Below, piece by piece: positions 57,061 to 64,000 of a stretch of DNA of 64,000 bases. Under the pieces are notes generated by a model. The model ran no database searches, was not told the DNA's origin, and worked only from the letters and a program-made list of their open reading frames with translations. The translations under genes were made by a program, and so were the position numbers. This stretch comes from a virus: the IMG/VR virus record IMGVR_UViG_3300025012_000049, positions 1 to 64,000 of that record, one strand, 5' to 3'. Every line of letters begins with the position of its first letter. Positions within the stretch are counted from its first letter, which is position 1.

Positions 57061-57552
57061 TTATTCCTTGTCGAGTTCGCGGAGAGCGTTAATTAATTGT
57101 AAATCGTACCAATCATCATCATTTAAAGTTACAGCTATCGGTTTTACTGCTTCAACCACCCTCTCGTACTTGACAAGAAGGGCTTCGGCTTTCTCAGATC
57201 GTTTGTTTGCAGAAATAACATTACTGTTATCGCTATTCCCCTGTACCCATATCATTGCATTTAAACTGACAATTTTCTCGCTCGCTTCTGCCAATTCGGT
57301 TTCAAGACTGGCAATAATTGTAGATAGGTCAATAATGTGCATTTGTAGTGTATCTGTTTCAGCTTGTTTAAGCATATCAGATTGCTGTGATCTCACTAAT
57401 TGAGACTCTGCAAGTTCAGCACGGAGTTGGTCGATGACACAGTGTGGGCATTTAGTTGGGTTTCTAGCATTATCAACGCTGTCAATGAACCGCCAGTTGT
57501 GTTTTTTACACTGCCTAAATAGGCTGTATTTTTTCACGTCTTCCTCTGTCAT
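57061..57552 (-). CDS. Mosaic coiled-coil hypothetical protein (start moved to MTEEDV)
   Basis: GC-richer blocks than flanks; C..H...CPHC plus coiled coil. Confidence 0.6.
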   Translation of the reverse strand: MTEEDVKKYSLFRQCKKHNWRFIDSVDNARNPTKCPHCVIDQLRAELAESQLVRSQQSDMLKQAETDTLQMHIIDLSTIIASLETELAEASEKIVSLNAMIWVQGNSDNSNVISANKRSEKAEALLVKYERVVEAVKPIAVTLNDDDWYDLQLINALRELDKE

Positions 57553-57566
57553 AACTCTCTTTCTTT

Positions 57567-57806
57567 CTATGTGTTCTGATGATTTATTAATCCACGAATA
57601 TAATTTATTGTGAACCAAATGGATACAGCAAACATTCCCCATAGTTTTTCTGACCAAGTTGAATATAGCCAAAAAGGTTGCCCACATAAACCGCAAATAA
57701 AGCCAAGTTTATGACGTTTACCAGCGAATGCCCATATAGAAGCACCAGACAAAATGAGAATTATTACTTGTGAAATATCTACCATTATTTCAATCCTTAT
57801 CATCAT
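57567..57806 (-). CDS. Small PnuC-like membrane protein
   Basis: GFICGLCGQPFWLY...WGMF; three TM segments. Confidence 0.55.
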   Translation of the reverse strand: MMIRIEIMVDISQVIILILSGASIWAFAGKRHKLGFICGLCGQPFWLYSTWSEKLWGMFAVSIWFTINYIRGLINHQNT

Positions 57807-57962
57807 TAAATATTGATATCACTCCACAAATAATCAAAATTATAAAAATAGTTGTACCTGTTATTATACCTACAAAACCCAAAGCTGAAGGATGTTTAAA
57901 ATTTATAAGATCATAAAAGAAAGCATAAACCCATGCAAAAATTAAAGCATTAATAATTTGTT

Positions 57963-58652
57963 TCATTTTACACCTCGATTTCTTTTATAAACAGTTCTTT
58001 TTAAATTAAAAACTATAAAAGGACATTGATAAATACCATTATCCATTTCTACTGTTTTTATTTTTCCCTTAGTCCACTCAAAAAATTTATAAAGGTTACA
58101 AACACTGATAGAAGGAAAACACATATTTTTTGAACAAAAATTCAATGTTAAAAATTCAAAATCAGGATAACCACATTTTCTAATAATGGTATTGAAAATA
58201 TCAGAATATAAGGAAATACATGGTTGTTTGTTATTTCTTCTAAAGATTAACATGGGTTCTTTAGAAGCTGCTAGAGCGTCTTTTTCACTTTGTTCCCAAA
58301 ATTGATAAAACATAGGCTTACCTTGGTTAGAATCAACCATATCCAAAATATCCCAATTGGTTATTTTAATAACTTCCTTACCATCATGTTTTTTAGCTTT
58401 AGATTTGGCTTTCTTAGCGTAACCTGTTTTTAGTTCTATAGAAAAGAAATCAGTTAATGGTTTTCCAAGGGGTGACTCGGCTTTAATATCACCAAAGTCA
58501 TCTATTTGAACATCTTTATTTCCCTTTCTTCGCATAGTGGCTCTAGCACCACTTGCAGATGTGCGCCAGAAAGTTGACTCCTCTTTATCTTCTGTGAACC
58601 ATAAAGATAATTGTTTACTTATTGACCCTTCAAAGTTTGCTCCTTTTGCCAT
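57963..58652 (-). CDS. Holliday junction resolvase (Hjc-like PD-(D/E)XK)
   Basis: KGANFE..ISKQLSLW, FWRTSASGA, GDI, SIELKTG. Confidence 0.8.
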   Translation of the reverse strand: MAKGANFEGSISKQLSLWFTEDKEESTFWRTSASGARATMRRKGNKDVQIDDFGDIKAESPLGKPLTDFFSIELKTGYAKKAKSKAKKHDGKEVIKITNWDILDMVDSNQGKPMFYQFWEQSEKDALAASKEPMLIFRRNNKQPCISLYSDIFNTIIRKCGYPDFEFLTLNFCSKNMCFPSISVCNLYKFFEWTKGKIKTVEMDNGIYQCPFIVFNLKRTVYKRNRGVK

Positions 58653-58853
58653 TTATTCCTCCTCCACATTTTTAAGATAACCAAATTCAATACATATATT
58701 TCCAAAAGATAAGCTTATAGAATTTGAATATTTACTAATGGATACAAAGAGTGTTGGCAATAAAAAAATAGTATCTTCCATCTCCTCACTACAGTTGTCA
58801 AAAGCTGTTCTTTGGAAACTTACAAAGATGATATCAAAAATATAAAATTGCAT
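58653..58853 (-). CDS. Hypothetical protein
   Basis: ORF in operon. Confidence 0.5.
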   Translation of the reverse strand: MQFYIFDIIFVSFQRTAFDNCSEEMEDTIFLLPTLFVSISKYSNSISLSFGNICIEFGYLKNVEEE

Positions 58854-58867
58854 TTTAAATACCTTTA

Positions 58868-59407
58868 TTATTTAATAAATACAGCTTTACCATTTTCAAT
58901 AATTTGACGTTCTGGACAAAATTCATCTATGGCTTTGGTAGCACCATCTAAACAACCATAATCATTAAAGTACATAATTCCACCAATTGTTAAAAAAGGA
59001 ATTAAAATTTGAATACAGTTTTTAATACTTTCATATTGGTCACAATCAATATGTGCAAAAGAAATATCAGGAAGAAAAATATCTTTAATTGTTTCTGGAA
59101 AAAACCCTTTAAATATTCTAGCTTCAGGAACCAATGATTTTACAGTTTCATAAGAACAATCGGAAAAATCACCCACATTATGAAGATCAATTCCTTCAGT
59201 TTTTTCAGGCATACCTTCAAAGGTATCAAATAGCCATAATTCAGTTTTCCTTTCTTTTGTTATCTCATTTAAATAATAAGCTGTTCCACCTTTATAAACA
59301 CCTACTTCAACAAATATACCATTATTAGGCGTTTGTTTGGCATATTTTAAAAGTATGGAAACATTTTCTGGTGATACTAAAGTCATTATCTCATTTGGAT
59401 TTAACAT
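58868..59407 (-). CDS. TylF/MycF-family sugar O-methyltransferase (start moved to MLNPNE)
   Basis: FVEVGVYKGG, LFDTFEGMP, KGFFPET, FAHIDCDQYES, YFNDYG. Confidence 0.88.
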   Translation of the reverse strand: MLNPNEIMTLVSPENVSILLKYAKQTPNNGIFVEVGVYKGGTAYYLNEITKERKTELWLFDTFEGMPEKTEGIDLHNVGDFSDCSYETVKSLVPEARIFKGFFPETIKDIFLPDISFAHIDCDQYESIKNCIQILIPFLTIGGIMYFNDYGCLDGATKAIDEFCPERQIIENGKAVFIK

Positions 59408-59726
59408 GCAGTTTTCCTTGATGATAGATTGACCAACGAATATCATGTTTATATTCAAAACCATAAACAAAATCTCTGGCTTTTTCTGGCGATTCAAAAA
59501 CAATAAATCCAAATTCTGAATTAGATCCCAACATATATATTTTAAAATTATCTCGTTTCAAAATATTCAATGCCGGTATTTTATCAAAGGCATCTTTAGC
59601 ATCAAACAAAACCAATACGGTTATATGGTTATAAAAATAAAGACACCACAATGCCACCAAGTTTTCCAATGAATAAAATTGATAATTGCCACATTCACTG
59701 GATTTCAATTTTATTTTTGGCATCAT
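59391..59726 (-). CDS. Hypothetical protein
   Basis: GAGGA RBS; MMPKIKLKS N-terminus. Confidence 0.6.
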   Translation of the reverse strand: MMPKIKLKSSECGNYQFYSLENLVALWCLYFYNHITVLVLFDAKDAFDKIPALNILKRDNFKIYMLGSNSEFGFIVFESPEKARDFVYGFEYKHDIRWSIYHQGKLHVKSK

Positions 59727-60040
59727 TCATCCTCTGATTCTATATAGAATCTATCATCGTCAATTTTATAAATTTCCTGACCATCTCTAGTAATATAGGG
59801 TCTACCATTGGTTTCCAGATTAAGCAATTCCTCAGCTAATACAGGTTCATCATTGGGGAGAATAATACCATTATCCTTGTCTACATTGGAATAATAAAAA
59901 GAATCTTTCTCAGTGTAAATAACTAAATCTTCAGCTTTAGCAGAATTGCTAAAATAAAGAATTATAAAAAGCAATACTAGACCAAGTAAAGTAGTTAGCT
60001 GCAAAGCTGTAATCATACTTTTAATAATTTTTTCTTTCAT
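59723..60040 (-). CDS. Secreted/membrane-anchored hypothetical protein
   Basis: Hydrophobic N-terminus ending in AKA. Confidence 0.6.
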   Translation of the reverse strand: MKEKIIKSMITALQLTTLLGLVLLFIILYFSNSAKAEDLVIYTEKDSFYYSNVDKDNGIILPNDEPVLAEELLNLETNGRPYITRDGQEIYKIDDDRFYIESEDE

Positions 60041-60315
60041 AGACTTTCTCCTTTTTTAGAGAGAGTATATAAATCGTAATATTCAACATACCTGTTAAAG
60101 TCTTTATCTTTAGAAGTTACTTTTTCTAAGGCACCAACACTGATAAGATTATTGATTGAGTTTTTATTAATACGAATAGCGGTTCCTTTTATTTCATCAA
60201 TAATAACCCACATGAAAGTAAAACGATCCTGTTTCAAATACCATCCTTTTTTCAATTTATCAATTAAATTCCTTTGAGTTTCAGATAGCATATAAGGTTT
60301 GATTGTTTTATTCAT
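60037..60315 (-). CDS. Hypothetical protein
   Basis: ORF in operon. Confidence 0.6.
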   Translation of the reverse strand: MNKTIKPYMLSETQRNLIDKLKKGWYLKQDRFTFMWVIIDEIKGTAIRINKNSINNLISVGALEKVTSKDKDFNRYVEYYDLYTLSKKGESL

Positions 60316-60317
60316 AA

Positions 60318-61472
60318 TTAGTCATCCCACCTGTTTTTTCTTTCTGGTTTAATGGCTTGTTCTATTTCATTCCAATCTTTCTCTACAGCATCAACCAATG
60401 CCTCATATTCATCTTTATCATTTTCAATCAGCTCAATATATTCTTCTCGTTTATAATTTTCATCATTCCATTTAATAATTTTTACTTCTGGACCAAACAA
60501 ATAATCAACCATTGAACCAATATTATCCAAACCATAATCAAATAAGATACAGAATTCAGCATCACGATATGGTTTGGCACATTTATTACGTTTAAATGTA
60601 GCTTCAACCCTAACACCGTAAACTCTTTCCTGTGACCTAAATGTTTTGCTTAATTTCTTTTTGGTTCTTAACCAAGGAACTTGGTGAGTATAAAAGTCCA
60701 AAGCTTTTCCACCAGTTCTTTTATATTTATCACCAAACTTAACACCAATGTTTTCCCTGATTTGTGAAATAGCAAATATGGTTGCATCTTTACCTTGCTG
60801 CAATTCACAAAGGTGATTGAAGAAACCGCCTGAAAAATATTTAGCTTTTTCTGTACCATAAGCATCTTCTTCATCTTTGTCTTTTTTTAACGATTGTACA
60901 TTACGTTCTTTTTGGGCGGAAGAAATTGTAGCGTCAATTGAATCCCACGCATATAATAAACATTCTCCATCTTTAAGGTTTTGAATTCTCCTTTGAATGT
61001 TTCTTCCTCCTGCTTCACAAGTTGGTGAAGAAATCCATTCAACTGCATCAACAAAATCCTTACCATACATTTCTTCAATTGGAAAATCCATCACTCCTTC
61101 TGCATTGTCATAAACCATAAGCAGTTTTTTAACTTTTGGAAATGCATACGAAGGAATATCACCAAACTTTTTAAGAGTGTAAAAGGCATTAGCAAAGGCT
61201 TCCAATGTTAATAGTGTTTTCCCTGAACTACCATCACCAACTGGATTGATAATTCTACCCCTTGCCCAACCACCTCTACGACCTTTTTGAGATGCAGCAA
61301 GGTTAAGAATAACTGAACCTGTATTCAAATAATCAATACGCTTGTTTTCTTCTTTTGGTTCTTCTGTAAGAGTTTTCCTTAGAGATTTCTTTTTTACTGT
61401 TCTAACTTCAGCAGTAGCTAAAGTAGTTTTAGCTTTATCAGATTTTAAATTAAGGCGTCCCATTGTTTTCAT
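60318..61472 (-). CDS. recA: RecA/UvsX-like recombinase
   Basis: TGSVILN, GRI...GDGSSGKT, DNAEG, WDSI, ISQIRENIG, TGGKALDFY. Confidence 0.9.
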   Translation of the reverse strand: MKTMGRLNLKSDKAKTTLATAEVRTVKKKSLRKTLTEEPKEENKRIDYLNTGSVILNLAASQKGRRGGWARGRIINPVGDGSSGKTLLTLEAFANAFYTLKKFGDIPSYAFPKVKKLLMVYDNAEGVMDFPIEEMYGKDFVDAVEWISSPTCEAGGRNIQRRIQNLKDGECLLYAWDSIDATISSAQKERNVQSLKKDKDEEDAYGTEKAKYFSGGFFNHLCELQQGKDATIFAISQIRENIGVKFGDKYKRTGGKALDFYTHQVPWLRTKKKLSKTFRSQERVYGVRVEATFKRNKCAKPYRDAEFCILFDYGLDNIGSMVDYLFGPEVKIIKWNDENYKREEYIELIENDKDEYEALVDAVEKDWNEIEQAIKPERKNRWDD

Positions 61473-61479
61473 TTTCTCC

Positions 61480-61698
61480 TTATTGGATTACACGTTTTTG
61501 AATATCATAAACTTCACCATTAAAAATCATACCTTTTAATTGAATACTATCAGACATTTTTTTATCGTATCGTTTTTCAAAAACTACCATACCACAAAAA
61601 AAACCAATTAGAAAAACTATCAAAGTCCACAAGCCATAAGTATGAAATTTATTACTTAGACCGGTTGTGAATTTCCTTACATCGTTTTGGATTTCCAT
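61480..61698 (-). CDS. Small single-TM protein
   Basis: Hydrophobic LWTLIVFLIGFFCGMVVF. Confidence 0.6.
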   Translation of the reverse strand: MEIQNDVRKFTTGLSNKFHTYGLWTLIVFLIGFFCGMVVFEKRYDKKMSDSIQLKGMIFNGEVYDIQKRVIQ

Positions 61699-61726
61699 TT
61701 TCCTCTTCCTTTCTTTCCCTAGTTGT

Positions 61727-62257
61727 CTATAGGCTTCTGTATAATTGAATAACGTGTTCCGCTTGTTTCTTAGCCAAAGGATTATTGCCGCCCTTATACA
61801 AAGCTAAAGCTAAACGTATATCGCCTTTGGCATAACCTATTTTTTCCTCTAAAATTTTACAACCAATTAATATATCAACATCTTCCCATTGTTTGGTGGC
61901 TATCGGGGTTTGCATTAAACCTTTATAGCCTTTTTCTGATACAGCTTTCTTATCAAAGTCTGATTCAGTTCTAATCAATGCTGCAATCAATTTTGGATCA
62001 ATTTTGATTTTATCTGCTCCTTCTAAAATTGCTGTGGTTATCTTATCAACAGATTTATTGGCACAACCTAGCTTTAATAACGTGTCTTTTATTTCTTGAA
62101 ACCTTGGATCATTTACTGATTTTTCTACAATAACAAAAGGTAAAGGCATTTTTTCCTCAATATGTCTAAATTTAATAAACACATTGAAAGACAAAACAAA
62201 GATAATCAGCAGTTTAAAGACAACAGATAAAAAGTGTAGAACAATGATTTTTTTCAA
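61727..62257 (-). CDS. Membrane-anchored lytic transglycosylase (SLT domain)
   Basis: AALIRTESDF, AVSEKGYKGLMQ, ALALYKGG; N-terminal TM. Confidence 0.85.
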   Translation of the reverse strand: MKKIIVLHFLSVVFKLLIIFVLSFNVFIKFRHIEEKMPLPFVIVEKSVNDPRFQEIKDTLLKLGCANKSVDKITTAILEGADKIKIDPKLIAALIRTESDFDKKAVSEKGYKGLMQTPIATKQWEDVDILIGCKILEEKIGYAKGDIRLALALYKGGNNPLAKKQAEHVIQLYRSL

Positions 62258-62277
62258 ATCATATTCTCCTTTTTATA

Positions 62278-62324
62278 AATAAACAGGTATGGTTTTATTA
62301 TTGCATTATCCATACCTGTTTATT
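62278..62324 (-). terminator. Hairpin/terminator after the SSB gene
   Basis: 15-bp inverted repeat AATAAACAGGTATGG / CCATACCTGTTTATT. Confidence 0.7.
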
Positions 62325-62341
62325 CTTATTTTAATTACACA

Positions 62342-63502
62342 TTAGAATGGCAAATCATCTTCTTCAATTTCACCTTCGACGATTTTAGAATACAAATCAT
62401 CAACAATAGCTTCAACTGCTTCTTCCCGTTCTTTTATTTCAAGGGCTTCTTCATAATCATTTTCTTTACACCATTTTTTAAACTTGAAGTCTTTCATTTC
62501 TGTCAAATCTTCTTCTAACTCTTCAAGTTTAGCTACCATATCTTCATCAATATCTTTGTTCTTTTTCTTTTTATCTTTTCCTTTAGCCGGTTTTTCATCT
62601 TCTTCATCTTCTTCATCTTCTTCTTGTTTCTTATTCTTTTTGCTTTTACTTGGTTTTTCGTCTTCCTCTTCATTATCCATAGCAGTCATCATGGATACTT
62701 TAACCTCTTCAGAGGTAGGAATGTGCAGAAACATTTCCAGAGGATGTTTATAATTGCCTTCCTCAGCAGCAGAAATGATTTCATCCAATTGTTCAAGAAT
62801 TTCATCAGGAATGGGTTCTTCTCGATCCAAAAGAGCAAATCCTTTATATTCAGGAAAATCACCCTTGTTCTTTTGAATCATTTCAAAATTAATAGTTCTG
62901 CCTTCTCCGTCTTCTTCAACATCAGAAATATCCAAAGTAGTTTTTTTACGTTTATCTCTGACAAGGATTTGAATTTCAGCATGTGCTTTGGTTTTAGGTG
63001 CTGCCCAAATACTCAATTGATATTCGGGGTCTTCATTTTCTGCTAATTCAGCAGTACGATCCCACATAAGCCAGATAGCCCGATCAGTGGGGTACAAAGC
63101 TTTAATTTCTTCGGTGGGTTTAGTTCCTTTAGGGTGTTCCCGATACATCTTTTGTTGTTCTTCACAACGATAACATTTTTTACCGTTATATCGTTGCAAG
63201 CAAACAAACTGGTCAAAGGAAGCACCAACACTATAATGTATAGAGCATTCAAAAACATAAGGTGTATCTGCATCATAAGACGCCGGAAGGATTTCAATGT
63301 AATTATCACCAATATGAGGACGAAATTCTTTTACATTGAATTTTTCCAGTATTTCCTGATTGAAGCAGGATTTACCACCACCACCAGCTTTACTTTTTTC
63401 TTCCCTTTCATTATACATTTTTTCAAGTATTGTCGTGTCCCGTTTTTTAAATTTGCTCCTTAATCCACCAGACTTTTTACCAAGTGATTTTTTCAGTGCC
63501 AT
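62342..63502 (-). CDS. Single-stranded DNA-binding protein (T4 gp32-like)
   Basis: IEILP, H...C...CYRC Zn site, EGRTI, acidic tail ending DDLPF. Confidence 0.8.
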   Translation of the reverse strand: MALKKSLGKKSGGLRSKFKKRDTTILEKMYNEREEKSKAGGGGKSCFNQEILEKFNVKEFRPHIGDNYIEILPASYDADTPYVFECSIHYSVGASFDQFVCLQRYNGKKCYRCEEQQKMYREHPKGTKPTEEIKALYPTDRAIWLMWDRTAELAENEDPEYQLSIWAAPKTKAHAEIQILVRDKRKKTTLDISDVEEDGEGRTINFEMIQKNKGDFPEYKGFALLDREEPIPDEILEQLDEIISAAEEGNYKHPLEMFLHIPTSEEVKVSMMTAMDNEEEDEKPSKSKKNKKQEEDEEDEEDEKPAKGKDKKKKNKDIDEDMVAKLEELEEDLTEMKDFKFKKWCKENDYEEALEIKEREEAVEAIVDDLYSKIVEGEIEEDDLPF

Positions 63503-63530
63503 TGTTTTACTTTCCTTTCAGTTGGTTGTT

Positions 63531-64000
63531 TTATTCCTCTGAATCATCCAGAGAAAGTGGTTTTTTACGTTTTTTAACAACATATGTTTCTGAAGTATAA
63601 TAATTATTCAACCACAATTCTGTAAGTGTTTTTATCATCCTTCCCCGTTCTTGAATAGTATTTAAAAGAATAGATAGTTGTTCTTCCTTGGTTTTAGCAA
63701 ACAGATAAGAAGAAAACGCTCGTTTATATTCTGGCTGTGTTTTTGTCTCTTTGTAGACCACTGTGTCTGTTACTTTATCTAATTTGTATTTTTTGGGGTT
63801 TTTTCTTATTTCCTTGGCTAAATCAGACTCAATAACTTCTAATCTATTCTTAGCAGCTAGGGATAATTCTCTGGCTCTAGGTAATAAATTGGAAATCTTC
63901 TCCATAAGTGTAACCTGTTTGGTGGCTTCTTCTTCTAATTTAAACTTATCAATTGGTAGATTATTTAAAATATAATCCAGTATTCCTGATTTATCTTCCT
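63531..64000 (-). CDS. UvsY-like recombination mediator (5'-truncated by window edge)
   Basis: Frame open to the window end (…IDKFKLEEEATKQ…); helical; next to SSB and RecA. Confidence 0.55.
   Translation of the reverse strand, partial: EDKSGILDYILNNLPIDKFKLEEEATKQVTLMEKISNLLPRARELSLAAKNRLEVIESDLAKEIRKNPKKYKLDKVTDTVVYKETKTQPEYKRAFSSYLFAKTKEEQLSILLNTIQERGRMIKTLTELWLNNYYTSETYVVKKRKKPLSLDDSEE

Noticed and set aside
62480-62700. TCTTCA/TCT trinucleotide-like repeats
   Set aside because: They encode the acidic/lysine low-complexity tail of the SSB.
1-64000. Stop-codon reassignment (TAG or TAA read-through), suggested by TAG at 1-3 and TAA at 48589
   Set aside because: Long conserved genes are intact in code 11. 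TAA is the dominant stop, and TAG ends several genes cleanly (e.g. 5794, 4955, 35569).
1-64000. tRNA, rRNA, CRISPR array, integrase/att site
   Set aside because: None recognised by eye. Intergenic gaps are short; tRNAscan/Infernal would be needed to exclude small RNAs.

Overview
This is a 64-kb segment of an AT-rich tailed dsDNA bacteriophage with siphovirus-type morphogenesis. The host is probably Gram-negative (GH108 endolysin, GT9 heptosyltransferase-like genes). Layout: (1) 1-1.7 kb, + strand: tail end of a GC-rich mosaic LamG/CBM fibre-like gene and a signal-peptide protein. (2) 1.7-12.7 kb, - strand: accessory/early genes (SLOG protein, Ntn-hydrolase, GT2/GT9/methyltransferase cluster, C2H2 finger, Hc1 histone-like protein, wHTH replication-initiator-like gene). 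(3) 12.8-40.8 kb, + strand: late operon (terminase, portal, protease, HK97-fold capsid, neck, tail tube, HNH, frameshifted tail chaperone, tape measure, tail tip/fibres, two GT9-like genes, holin-like genes, lysin). (4) 40.8-64 kb, - strand: T4-like replication/recombination module (intein-containing primase, UvsW-like and DnaB-like helicases, dUTPase, 5'-3' exonuclease, split SbcC plus SbcD, ThyX, resolvase, RecA/UvsX, gp32-like SSB, UvsY-like). No DNA polymerase, integrase, reverse transcriptase, tRNA or CRISPR array was recognised. The most unusual signals: mirror-image G/T- and C/A-ending codon blocks bracketing swappable modules in the first gene; a plasmid-like antisense RNA plus leader peptide over the rep-like gene; a basic [KR]-[LIV]-x-L-[KR] peptide at the termini of many unrelated proteins; and a dispersed phage glycosylation toolkit. 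All calls come from reading motifs by eye; no database search was run.
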